Source of the DNA: Candidatus Latescibacterota bacterium
GTDB taxonomy: Bacteria > Latescibacterota > UBA2968 > GCA-2709665
DNA: 64,000 nt
Direction: 5' to 3'
Assembly: GCA_965219455.1 (NCBI GenBank)
Contig: OZ244744.1
Span: 1,568,001-1,632,000, forward strand
Shown here: piece after piece, positions 54,851 to 64,000 of the stretch
Numbering within the stretch: position 1 is the stretch's first letter
Layout of the letters: every line of letters begins with the position of its first letter
Position numbers and translations under genes: made by a program
The notes under the pieces: model-generated
Seen by the model: only the letters and a program-made list of their open reading frames with translations
Told to the model about the DNA's origin: nothing
Database searches by the model: none

Positions 54851-57847
54851 TCAATACCCCTCCAGCCGGCTCAGGTCGGCAATGCCGTCCGCAAGTGAGG
54901 CGATACGCTGAACCAGAGCAAGACGGGCCCCGCGAAGCACAGGATCTTCGTCCATTACCAGGACCTCCTCGAAGAAGCTGTTAATGGGGCCGCGCAGGTC
55001 GGCCAGCACATTTTCCAGGGTATCGATCTTATCTTCGGAACGGTCCATCGTGCAGCGGGCGTCCCTCCAATTCTGATGTAATCTACGTGAGGAAGGGGTT
55101 GGATCCGCGTCCGGATTCAATGGATGGATTTCATCGAGGTTCCGTACAATACGCTTGCACCGCGCGTATGCATGAAGCCTTTCCGTCCAGTTTTCCGAAC
55201 GAACCATCTGATCGAGGCCTTCCACAATGGTGCGGAGCCCGAATGGGTCGTCGCATCCACCGGCAAGGGCGGCCTCGACCACGTCGTGGCGAAAACCCTC
55301 CTCTTTCAGTTGTACGCCCAGACGGCGCAGGATGAACGTATAAGCGTCGATCAATCGATCGGCATCGATTCGGATAGGCAGCTCCGTTGCCGCGGCCTCC
55401 AGGCCTTTCTTCAGGGAGAAGTGACAGCGTTTCCCGATAAGCAGTGCCAGAAGGCCCAGCGCGTCTCGACGCAGCCCATAGGGGTCGGCGGTCGACCGGG
55501 GCTTGATTCCAGCGCAGAACAGCCCGGCCAGGCTGTCCAGCCGGTCGGCTACCGAGACCGCAAATCCGGATTCGCTTGCCGGCAGCATATCGCCGGGAAA
55601 CCGGGGAAGGTAGTGTTCCTGGATGGCCATAGCCACTGCGTCGGTCTCCTTGGACATCAAGGCGTAGTAGCGGCCCATCACGCCCTGAAGGGTCGTCATC
55701 TCGACGACCATACCGGTGGCCAGATCCGCTTTGCTAAGCCGGGCCGCTCTTTTCGCTGTTTTCGTACCGCCTTCCGTCAAACCCAGATCGGGGGCGACCA
55801 CGGTGAGCAGTCGCTCGATTCGCTCGCTCTTGTCCCTAACGGATCCCAGTTCGTCCTGGTAGGTGAGCGTATCCAACCTCGGCAGGTAGGCTTCCAGGGG
55901 CTTTCGGCCATCTTCCCGGTAGAAGAAGGCGGCGTCTGCATATCTGGCGCGAACGACATTCTCGTTCCCGCGAATGACGGGGCCTGGATCGGCCGGCCGG
56001 CCATTGGAAACGGCCACGAAATAGGGCAGCAGCAGGCCTGTCTGCGGGTGTACTACGGGGAAGTAGCGCTGGTATTTCTTGAGTACGGTGACCAGAACTT
56101 CCTGCGGTAGTTCAAGATGGACTTCATCGAAACCGCCGCGCAACGCGAAGGGCGCTTCGACCAGATCGGTAACTTCGTCCAGCAGATCCGGATCTTCCTG
56201 TACGCTACCGCCCACCACCCGAGCCTGTTCGAGAACCTGTTTCCAGATGGTTTCTCTTCGCCGATCGCGGTTGACGATCAGACCGCGTTCCTCCATTTGT
56301 AGATGATAGGTGTCGGCGGATTCCAGCTGGACGGGCGGAGCACCCTCGGGCCTCGATCCATGGCTGGTACGTCCACTCCGGATCCGGGCGAAGGGGAACG
56401 GGATAATCTGGTTTCCAAAAAGGGCGACAATCCAGCGGAGAGGACGGGGATACGCGAAACCGTCGGAGTCCCAGCGCATGGTTTTCGGGAAGTTCAAGCC
56501 CGCGATCAGTTCGGGAAGGAGTTTCGTCAGGATTTCCTGTGTTTCGAGTCCGGACTCGTGGCGCCGGGCGTAGACGTATTCAATGCCCTTGTCGTCTTTC
56601 CTGTGTTCCACTGAACCTGGAGAGACGCCCTGACCGCGACAGAATCCTTCAAGGGCGCGTGTGGGTTTTCCCTCGCCGTCGTAGGCGGCCTTGACGGCCG
56701 GTCCGCGCACTTCGCGTTCCCGGTCCGTCTGCCGGCCCTCGAGGTTCCGGACGCTGGCGACAAGCCGTCTGGGTGTACCCGTTATTTCGACGCCGTCATA
56801 TCCGAGCCTCTGCTCTCGAAGAAGCTCGGGCAGGCGACTCTCGAGCTGTTCGATGCCCGACCGCACGTCGTGGGGCGGAAGTTCTTCGGATCCGATCTCC
56901 AGAAGGAGGTCGGCCCGATCGCAGGATTTAAAGTCCCGTCCAGGTTCCGGGGCAGCTGCGTCCCCGGTTTTCCTGATCAGGGGGTGGCCGGACGCCTCAC
57001 GCTGTCTGACAAAGCGTTCGGCGACCTGTCTGGCGAGATCGCGGATCTGCGCGAAGTACCGCGCACGTTCGGTAACGCCTATGGCCCCCCGTGTGTCCAG
57101 CAGGTTGAAGGTGTGGGAGCACCGCAACACGTAGTCATGGGCGGGAATAACGAGATCGCGGTCTATGGCGGCTCCGGCTTCTTCGAGAAAGAGATTGAAC
57201 ATGGTCTGCAGGCGCTTGACGTTTGCGTAGTAAAACTCGTAATTGCAATACTCCACTTCCTGCTGCCTGAGAATGTCGCCGTAGGTGACCTGCTCATTCC
57301 AGCGTAGCTGCCAGACTTCGCGCACATCCTGAACATACATGGCAATTCGTTCCATGCCGTAGGTGATTTCCACGGGAACGGGGTCGAGCGGCAGGCCTCC
57401 AGCCTGCTGGAAGTAGGTGAACTGGGTGATTTCCAGGCCATCGAGCCAGACCTCCCAGCCCAGGCCCCACGCGCCCAGCGCGGGCGATTCCCAGTTGTCT
57501 TCCACGAAACGGATGTCGTGCTGCCGGCGATTCAGACCCAACGCTTCCAGGCTGTCCAGGTAGAGTTCCTGGGGGTTGCCCGGCTCGGGTTTGAGAACAA
57601 CCTGGTACTGCGTGTGCATTTGCATCCGGTTCGGGTTCTCGCCGAACCGGCCGTCGTCGGGGCGGAAGCTGGGTTCAACGTAGGCTACGTTCCAGGGCTC
57701 GGGTCCCAGCACGCGAAGCGCGGTGCTCGGGTTCAGCGTACCCGCGCCCACCTTTTCGCTAAGCGGCTGCCAGATGATACACCCGTTATCCGCCCAGAAT
57801 CGTTCAAGACGAAGAATGAGTTCCTGGAAGGTAGATGTGGCGTTCAC
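54851..57847 (-). CDS. glyQS: Glycine-tRNA ligase, fused alpha and beta subunits
   Basis: Alpha part: 'TFQELILRL', 'GAGT', '[11 protein letters not shown]', '[21 protein letters not shown]', 'EITYG'. Beta part: '[11 protein letters not shown]', 'GTPRRL', 'FPKTMRW', 'KADL', 'DPYGLRR'. Confidence 0.95.
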   Translation of the reverse strand: MNATSTFQELILRLERFWADNGCIIWQPLSEKVGAGTLNPSTALRVLGPEPWNVAYVEPSFRPDDGRFGENPNRMQMHTQYQVVLKPEPGNPQELYLDSLEALGLNRRQHDIRFVEDNWESPALGAWGLGWEVWLDGLEITQFTYFQQAGGLPLDPVPVEITYGMERIAMYVQDVREVWQLRWNEQVTYGDILRQQEVEYCNYEFYYANVKRLQTMFNLFLEEAGAAIDRDLVIPAHDYVLRCSHTFNLLDTRGAIGVTERARYFAQIRDLARQVAERFVRQREASGHPLIRKTGDAAAPEPGRDFKSCDRADLLLEIGSEELPPHDVRSGIEQLESRLPELLREQRLGYDGVEITGTPRRLVASVRNLEGRQTDREREVRGPAVKAAYDGEGKPTRALEGFCRGQGVSPGSVEHRKDDKGIEYVYARRHESGLETQEILTKLLPELIAGLNFPKTMRWDSDGFAYPRPLRWIVALFGNQIIPFPFARIRSGRTSHGSRPEGAPPVQLESADTYHLQMEERGLIVNRDRRRETIWKQVLEQARVVGGSVQEDPDLLDEVTDLVEAPFALRGGFDEVHLELPQEVLVTVLKKYQRYFPVVHPQTGLLLPYFVAVSNGRPADPGPVIRGNENVVRARYADAAFFYREDGRKPLEAYLPRLDTLTYQDELGSVRDKSERIERLLTVVAPDLGLTEGGTKTAKRAARLSKADLATGMVVEMTTLQGVMGRYYALMSKETDAVAMAIQEHYLPRFPGDMLPASESGFAVSVADRLDSLAGLFCAGIKPRSTADPYGLRRDALGLLALLIGKRCHFSLKKGLEAAATELPIRIDADRLIDAYTFILRRLGVQLKEEGFRHDVVEAALAGGCDDPFGLRTIVEGLDQMVRSENWTERLHAYARCKRIVRNLDEIHPLNPDADPTPSSRRLHQNWRDARCTMDRSEDKIDTLENVLADLRGPINSFFEEVLVMDEDPVLRGARLALVQRIASLADGIADLSRLEGY

Positions 57848-57954
57848 GAACGGTATCCTTTCGTTGTTTACGGCAGACGAACTGCCGTGACCCTCGGCAG
57901 GGGCGGCAAACCCGTATCCTGAACCGGTTTTTCGGACGCCGTTATCCGGCCACC

Positions 57955-59157
57955 TTAGCCGGCATCGGAAAGCCTCTTGATGGGCGTCCGGGAAACTCTG
58001 GATTTTACGTTCTTTTGAATCTGCTTGATAGACCGTTCCACGTTCCGGACCTTTTTTCTGCTGTCGTGGACGGCAACCGTAAGGTCCATTCGGCGGGTCT
58101 GGCCGGGGTCGAGCCTGGCCACGCGGCCCTGTTTGCGCTCGAACGGCTTGGGGTTGGGGTAGTTGGTAGCGGGTTCCAGGCCGGTGACGTATCCGTCTTC
58201 GGTTGCCGCCGTGTTTTTCCAGAGCGTAAAACAGGGCAACTGGTTGAGCGAACAGTGCAAGCTGGACCCCAGGTTTCCTTTGGCGTTCTTGAGCAGGACC
58301 GCCGTTTGCCCGCTTCCCCTCTTTCCGGCCAGTTCGTAAAAAAAGACCTGTTCCACAAAACCGGGTTCCGGCGCCTCGAATCTGTTATGGGCTTCCGCAC
58401 CCTCCTGCGCGCGGGTATCCCTGGGTGAAACGGATTTGAAGGGTGCAACCAGAGTGCTGCCACCTTCCAGAAACGGAGAGCCATAGTTGCAGTGATATAG
58501 CAGCTGCATTTCCGCGGGCTTTTGATTGAGGTTGCTAACACGATCCGAAATATTGAAGCTGTTGGCGCCGGGTTCCGTGGAGATAAAGGTGGTCAATCGC
58601 AGCGCGGGTCCGAACATCATGGTTTCGTCGACAACTCCCATCACGGTGATGCGATGCGGTGGCGCGAGGTCGATGCGGACTTCGACATGCCTCGCGGGAA
58701 TATTGGCGATCTTTCCATGAAGCGGGAGAAAAACCGCGGCCTCATTGCCGTTGTTGTCGATCACCACGTCGTTCGTCGGCGCGCCATTGCTCTCCAGACC
58801 GCAGCGAACGATCCATTCGTTGAAGCCCTTAAGCCAGCCGAGCCCACCCCGATCGTTGGCGTCTACATACGCCGGATGAACCAGGTCGCGGACCGGCGAT
58901 TCCCAGCCGACCGGAATATCCCCGTAGACGCCTTTCCAGATCCCCATGCCGCGGGTCGGCACAATGGAGAAGGAGAAGGCGCCGTTGTCCACTTCAATGA
59001 GGTCGATGCCCGCCTGGAGGCCGCCCTGAAGGGTTTTCTTTTTCACGCTCCACCCACGTCCGGTCCCCAGGGTCAGGGTTTCCTCATCTACACGCCAGGA
59101 TTCGGCCCAGAGCGCCCGTTCCACGTCGGTGAGCACGTGACGAAACATGCCGCCCAT
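57955..59157 (-). CDS. Aldose 1-epimerase-like protein (DUF4432 family)
   Basis: Motifs 'VPTRGMGIW', 'GWESPV', 'RCGL', 'LHGKIAN', 'LLYHCNYG', 'YVTGLEPAT'. Start at ATG 59157 after GGAG. Confidence 0.85.
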   Translation of the reverse strand: MGGMFRHVLTDVERALWAESWRVDEETLTLGTGRGWSVKKKTLQGGLQAGIDLIEVDNGAFSFSIVPTRGMGIWKGVYGDIPVGWESPVRDLVHPAYVDANDRGGLGWLKGFNEWIVRCGLESNGAPTNDVVIDNNGNEAAVFLPLHGKIANIPARHVEVRIDLAPPHRITVMGVVDETMMFGPALRLTTFISTEPGANSFNISDRVSNLNQKPAEMQLLYHCNYGSPFLEGGSTLVAPFKSVSPRDTRAQEGAEAHNRFEAPEPGFVEQVFFYELAGKRGSGQTAVLLKNAKGNLGSSLHCSLNQLPCFTLWKNTAATEDGYVTGLEPATNYPNPKPFERKQGRVARLDPGQTRRMDLTVAVHDSRKKVRNVERSIKQIQKNVKSRVSRTPIKRLSDAG

Positions 59158-59566
59158 GTAGAACTCCTTGTATAATAGGAGGTTGTAATACGAAATTTGC
59201 TTCAGAATAAGAAGCGGAAATATACTGTACACCCGGCAGCGTGTCAATGGAAGAAGCCCCACGATTCCCATGAAGGAACTGCCGGCAGAAGCGCTTTCCG
59301 TTTTGACGCGCACACCACTCCGCGTTCCGCGTATAAGAACGCCGGGCAGGCGCGGTCTCTGCTTTGCGGAAGATATCGTCGACAGGTCTCGATGAATCTG
59401 TTCGGCAGCCCGGGTGGTCCGCGGGTTCCCGGCTGGCCGCAGTACGACTGTGGTCGATCTTCGGCTCGCCGATGTCCGTCGATTTTCTTGTACGCTTGAC
59501 AATCCGAGCATTGGTCTTTAGTATGGAGTCCGTGTGCATTGTGGTTGAACGGAGAAAGGAGCGGAC

Positions 59567-60931
59567 GTGGCGGCCGGGAAGACGGTCTTTTTCTGCGGGA
59601 TCGGCGGGAGCGGTATGAGCGCGCTGGCGCACGTGTTGCGGCATCACGGGCATGCGGTGCGCGGTTCCGACCGCAGCTGGGACCACGGACAGAACCGCAG
59701 GCTTTTCGAGCAGTTCCAGGCGCGGGGCATCTCGCTGTTTCGGCAGGATGGTTCGGGCGTGGACGACAGTGTGGACGAACTGGTCGTGTCGGCAGCGGTG
59801 GAGGAACACATCCCGGATGTGCGCGCCGCGTTGCGTCGGCAGATTCCCGTACGGAAGCGCGCGGAGGTGCTGGCGGAGCTATTCAACCGTGCGGAGGGAG
59901 TTGCGGTTGGGGGTACGAGCGGCAAGACCACGGTGGCAGGCATGATCGGTCACATCCTGAAGATGACGGGCAGAGACCCTACCGTAATCCTGGGAGGCGC
60001 GCTCCTGAATGAGTCGCCATCGCTTACGGGCAACGCAATCTGTGGCGATCCGAACCTCCCCGTGATCGAGGCGGATGAGAGCGACGGCACGATTGTCTTG
60101 TACGAGCCTTCAATTTCGGTGTTGACCAATATCTCGCAGGACCACAAGCCGCTTGAGGTCCTGTGCGGAATGTTCCGGGAATTTGTGCAAAAAGCCCGGC
60201 AGGCGGCTGTAATCAACGTGGACTGCGAGTCGTCCGTGGCCCTGGGCGTGGGTGGCATTGGCTTTGGAGTCGAAAATAACCGGGCGCAGATCTGCGCCGA
60301 GAAAATTCAACCGCTGGCAGACGGTGTGGCGTTTGAAGTCAACCGGGTCGGGTTTCGCCTGATGGTTCCGGGCCGGCACAATGTTTCCAACGCCGCCGCG
60401 GCCGTGGCCGCCTGCTCGTTGTCAGGCGTCACGGTCGGGCAATCGGCGGATGCGCTGGCTGATTTTGCGGGTATCCGGCGGCGCCTGCAGGTTCTGGGTA
60501 CAGCCGGCGGCGTGACGGTGATCGATGACTTCGCCCACAATCCCGACAAGATTTCGGCGTCTCTCGCGACACTCAAGGAACAGCCGGGGCGGTTGCTGGT
60601 GATGTTTCAGCCAACCGGATTCGCTCCAACGCGGTTTCTCAAGGACGGGCTGATTGCCGCTTTTGCGGATGGACTGGAGATACGGGACGTGCTTGCGATG
60701 CCTGAGATTTATTACGCGGGCGGATCAGCGGTGCGCGATATTTCCTCTCGAAATTTGATCGAAGCGATTTCCGGGCGGGGTATTCAGACAGCGTTTTTCA
60801 ACCAGCGCGAAGACATCTCGCGTTGGTTTTCCGAAACGGCGCGACCCGGCGACCGGGTGGTGATCATGGGAGCGCGTGACGACACGTTGACCGATTTCGC
60901 AACCGGGATATTGGAGTCGTTCGCGTCCTGA
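59567..60931 (+). CDS. Mur ligase, MurC/Mpl-like UDP-MurNAc ligase
   Basis: Motifs 'FFCGIGGSGMSALA', 'GTSGKTT', 'IEADESDG', 'GRHNVSN', 'GIRRRL', 'DDFAHNP', 'MGA'. Confidence 0.88.
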   Translation: MAAGKTVFFCGIGGSGMSALAHVLRHHGHAVRGSDRSWDHGQNRRLFEQFQARGISLFRQDGSGVDDSVDELVVSAAVEEHIPDVRAALRRQIPVRKRAEVLAELFNRAEGVAVGGTSGKTTVAGMIGHILKMTGRDPTVILGGALLNESPSLTGNAICGDPNLPVIEADESDGTIVLYEPSISVLTNISQDHKPLEVLCGMFREFVQKARQAAVINVDCESSVALGVGGIGFGVENNRAQICAEKIQPLADGVAFEVNRVGFRLMVPGRHNVSNAAAAVAACSLSGVTVGQSADALADFAGIRRRLQVLGTAGGVTVIDDFAHNPDKISASLATLKEQPGRLLVMFQPTGFAPTRFLKDGLIAAFADGLEIRDVLAMPEIYYAGGSAVRDISSRNLIEAISGRGIQTAFFNQREDISRWFSETARPGDRVVIMGARDDTLTDFATGILESFAS

Positions 60932-60988
60932 CGACCGACGCCGGTTGTCCGCCAGCGTAGTCGCGAGATTTGGAGATGGGAAAGTCTA

Positions 60989-61894
60989 TTGGTTGTTCCA
61001 CCGTACATTCGACGTGGCGATCTGATCGGGATCGTGTCGCCTTCGGGATCGTTTGAACCGGAACGATTGCGTCCGGGCCTGGCGTACCTGCGGGATCGGG
61101 GCTACCGCGTGCGGGTCGGGTCGGCGGTTTACGATCGGAATCGGTACCTGGCGGGACAGGATCCCGCCAGGGCGGCGGATTTGAACGCTATGTTCGCCGA
61201 CCCCGAGGTCCGGGCTGTCTTTGCGACCCGCGGTGGTTTCGGGGCCGCGCGTGTATTGGAATTTCTGGACTACGGTTCCATCCGGAAATATCCGAAGCCC
61301 CTTGTGGGGTTCAGCGATACGACCGCGCTGCAACTGGGGATTTACGGTCGTACCGGGATGGTGAGTTATTCGGGCGTGACGCTGTCCGGAGACGTTACGG
61401 TGTCCGGTATGCCGGAAACAACGGAAACATCTCTGTGGAACGCGCTCACCTCGGGGCGTTTTGACGCGATTGGCGGTATCATGGCGCTGCGGGGACGAAC
61501 CGCGGAAGGGAGGCTGTTGGGCGGTTGCCTTTCTGTGATCTCGTCGCTCTCGGGTACTGGATATTTGCCGGATACCGGGGGTGCTTTGCTGTTTCTTGAA
61601 GACGTGAACGAAGCCCCCTACCGGGTGGACCGCATGCTGACCCAACTCCGAATGGCGGGTGTGTTCGACCGCGTCGCCGGTGTTGTATTCGGGCAGTTCG
61701 AGGGCTGCGAGCCGGAAAGGGAGGAGGAGGGCACCGTGGACGACGTTCTCCGTGATTTTTCGACTTCAGTTGCCGCTCCGGTATTCTGTGGACTTCCGTA
61801 TGGGCACGGAGCGGGACGGCAGGTGCTGCCGATCGGACTTCCGGCTACCGTGAACGGAAGCCGGGGCACGCTGCAAATCGAGACCGGCGGGTAG
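60989..61894 (+). CDS. ldcA: LD-carboxypeptidase (peptidase S66)
   Basis: Motifs 'IGIVSPS', 'RGGFGA', 'VGFSDTT', 'FLEDVNE.PYRVDRML', 'YGH'. Confidence 0.9.
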   Translation: MVVPPYIRRGDLIGIVSPSGSFEPERLRPGLAYLRDRGYRVRVGSAVYDRNRYLAGQDPARAADLNAMFADPEVRAVFATRGGFGAARVLEFLDYGSIRKYPKPLVGFSDTTALQLGIYGRTGMVSYSGVTLSGDVTVSGMPETTETSLWNALTSGRFDAIGGIMALRGRTAEGRLLGGCLSVISSLSGTGYLPDTGGALLFLEDVNEAPYRVDRMLTQLRMAGVFDRVAGVVFGQFEGCEPEREEEGTVDDVLRDFSTSVAAPVFCGLPYGHGAGRQVLPIGLPATVNGSRGTLQIETGG

Positions 61895-62057
61895 CGGTCC
61901 GTCTCACGTGGAATTGGTGAGGGCGCCCTTCAGTGGGTAACGACCGGTATCAGGCGTTGGTCTGGTAGTACCATTAATATGCAGTGCGAAGCGTTACTGG
62001 CTGGCTCGTTCGGATTCAGGTAACAGCCAGCCGGCAGTCGGACCGTAGTGAGAGGCT

Positions 62058-62930
62058 ATGCTGGCGATGTCGAAAATGTCTGACTTGCGTGGGTTGATAA
62101 CTGTCTGCCTGGCAGGATCAATTGTGTCCTGCGCGGCGGTGAGCCAGTTCAATATATTGAGTACGGAGCAGGAAGTCGAAATCGGCCGGGAGGCGGCGCG
62201 TGAAGTTGAGCGGGAACTCAGACTCTATAACGACCCCGCCGTCGCGGCGTACATCAACAGCCTGGGCCAGACCCTCGCACGGCATTCACGGCGATCGGAC
62301 CTGACCTATTATTTCAGAGTGGTGGATACGGATGAAGTAAACGCATTTGCGCTGCCGGGCGGCTGGCTTTACGTCAACCGTGGGCTGATAACAACTGCGG
62401 AGAACGAGTCGCAACTGGCAGCGGTCATCGGTCATGAAATCGGGCACGTGGATGGCAAACACGGCGCGGAGGCAATCAGCAGGCAGCTTGGCGCCGCCTT
62501 TGTTCTGGAGATGACTCTGGGAGGAAAGGACGCTACCTCGCGCCGCCGGACTGGAAGGCAGATCGCCGCTTTCTTCATCGGGATGAAACAGTTGAGTTAT
62601 GGTCGGGATGCCGAGCGGGAAGCAGACCGGTTTGCCGTGGAAGCAACATACGCGGCGGGGATCGATCCGGAAGGTACGGCCACCTTTTTCGAAAAGCTGA
62701 TGGCGATGCAGAAGAAAGAACCTGGACGGCTGGAGGTCCTGTTTTCCACCCATCCCCCCAGTCGGGAGCGGGTCAACAACGCGCGCGGGCAGATAGGTGG
62801 ATTGCCCCCCAAAACGGGCTTGACAATGGATTCCCGCCGGTTTCGCGAGGTAAAGAAAAGAATTCTGGAACGGGAGCGGGCGCGACGAGGAAAAAAAGCC
62901 ACAGGGGAGGGAAGACGGCGGAGACGATAA
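62058..62930 (+). CDS. M48 family zinc metallopeptidase, probable lipoprotein
   Basis: Lipobox-like 'IVSC'; motifs 'NAFALPGG', 'HEIGH', 'EREAD', 'STHP'. Confidence 0.9.
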   Translation: MLAMSKMSDLRGLITVCLAGSIVSCAAVSQFNILSTEQEVEIGREAAREVERELRLYNDPAVAAYINSLGQTLARHSRRSDLTYYFRVVDTDEVNAFALPGGWLYVNRGLITTAENESQLAAVIGHEIGHVDGKHGAEAISRQLGAAFVLEMTLGGKDATSRRRTGRQIAAFFIGMKQLSYGRDAEREADRFAVEATYAAGIDPEGTATFFEKLMAMQKKEPGRLEVLFSTHPPSRERVNNARGQIGGLPPKTGLTMDSRRFREVKKRILERERARRGKKATGEGRRRRR

Positions 62931-62956
62931 AAGCCGATTCGACCTGTGCGCCGGTT

Positions 62957-64000
62957 CTATCTCTGCAACGCGTCCAGGCACTGAAAGTACGAGGGAAAGG
63001 TTTTGTTAACGCAGGCCGGATCCCGTATTGCGATACCCGGCGCTTTCAGGCCGATCAACGCCATGCTCATGGCCATGCGGTGATCGTCGTACGTATCGAG
63101 TTCGGCCGGGCGGAAGCGCGCGGCGGGATGAACCGTCAGTGCGTCGGGCCGGGCGTCAACGCGTACCCCCAGTTTGGTCAGTTCAGCCGTGACCGCGGCG
63201 ATGCGGTCGGTCTCCTTGATGCGCAGGTTGGCGATATTTCGCATGGTGACCGGCTCCGAGGCGAACGGGGCAAGTGCACAGAGGGTCTGAACCACGTCCG
63301 GCATTGTGTTCATATCGACATCGACGCCGGAGAGCCGTTCAGGGCCGCGGACCTCGATACCGTCCGACCGGATGCGCACGGCGCAACCCATACGTTCCAG
63401 GACGTCCACGAAACGAACGTCACCCTGCGCGGAATCCGCAGAAAGGTCTCGGACCTTGATCCGACCGCCTGTAAGCGCCGCTGCTGCAAAAAAATACGAG
63501 GCGTTGGATGCGTCCGGTTCGATAGCGTATTCGGCAGGCGTGTAGCGTTGCCCTGCTTTTACCATGAAGACGTTACCGTCTACTACGGCGACGTTGACGC
63601 CAAAATCGTGCATGATGCGAACGGTCATGTCGATGTAGGGCCTGGAAACCAGGTCGCCGGTAACGCGGATCTCGACGTCCTTTCGCGCATAAGGCGCAAC
63701 CAGGAGGAGAGCCGTGAGATACTGGCTGCTTCGGTCTCCCGGAATGTGCGTGCGCCCGCCTTCAAGGCCGGACGCGTCGACGACAACCGGAGGACAGCCG
63801 TTGCCCTCCACGCTGCGGGCGTGAACCCCGAGGGGACGAAGGCTGTCGATCAGATCCTGGATCGGGCGTTCTCTCATTCGAGGGACGCCGTCCAGCGTGT
63901 AGGTGCCGTTGCCCAGGCCGAAATAAGCGGTGAGGAACCGGCATGTGGTACCTGAGTTGCCCACGAAGAGTTTGGCGTTCGAGACGGGTATACGGCCTCC
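62957..64000 (-). CDS. aroA: 3-phosphoshikimate 1-carboxyvinyltransferase (5' end outside window)
   Basis: Motifs 'GNSGTTCRFL', 'SSQY', 'SRPYIDMT', 'LRIKETDR', 'DDHRMAM', 'KTFP'. Confidence 0.95.
   Translation of the reverse strand, partial: GGRIPVSNAKLFVGNSGTTCRFLTAYFGLGNGTYTLDGVPRMRERPIQDLIDSLRPLGVHARSVEGNGCPPVVVDASGLEGGRTHIPGDRSSQYLTALLLVAPYARKDVEIRVTGDLVSRPYIDMTVRIMHDFGVNVAVVDGNVFMVKAGQRYTPAEYAIEPDASNASYFFAAAALTGGRIKVRDLSADSAQGDVRFVDVLERMGCAVRIRSDGIEVRGPERLSGVDVDMNTMPDVVQTLCALAPFASEPVTMRNIANLRIKETDRIAAVTAELTKLGVRVDARPDALTVHPAARFRPAELDTYDDHRMAMSMALIGLKAPGIAIRDPACVNKTFPSYFQCLDALQR

Noticed and set aside
1-64000. tRNA, rRNA, riboswitch or selC genes
   Set aside because: No cloverleaf or conserved RNA signature recognised by eye; an Infernal/Rfam scan would be needed to exclude them.

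Overview
GC-rich bacterial chromosome segment. Dockerin/EF-hand-like tagged exported WD40 and beta-propeller proteins, many Gfo/Idh/MocA and sugar-catabolic genes, and a fused glyQS suggest a Latescibacterota/Gemmatimonadota-like organism, possibly host-associated; this is inference only. From left to right the window holds: the 3' end of a type III restriction Res gene; rfbC and rfbB; a 1.7-kb insertion element at a TAG stop codon, with no terminal inverted repeats and a Rep_trans-like protein; a Ca2+/Na+ antiporter; a single-ORF Lnt-TatC fusion; bioF and trmJ; a co-oriented accessory array at 12.9-20.9 kb (GNATs, a PIN toxin-antitoxin pair, orphan antitoxin-like genes, an ART-like protein, methyltransferases); a GH106-like hydrolase; a catabolic oxidoreductase/aminotransferase/M20 cluster; a DASS pseudogene; exported FGE/HEAT/Vgb-like proteins; an Fe3+-type ABC transporter; rsmD, glyQS, a Mur ligase with an LD-carboxypeptidase, an M48 peptidase and partial aroA. 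The three most interesting signals are (1) a 92-codon DUF5069-like gene missed by the ORF track (53756-54034, minus) whose conserved Cys position is an in-frame TGA followed by a bacterial SECIS-like hairpin, i.e. a candidate selenoprotein; (2) the putative rolling-circle-type insertion element (2781-4483); and (3) the Lnt-TatC fusion. No rRNA, tRNA or CRISPR array was seen. All family calls come from motif recognition by eye, not from database searches.
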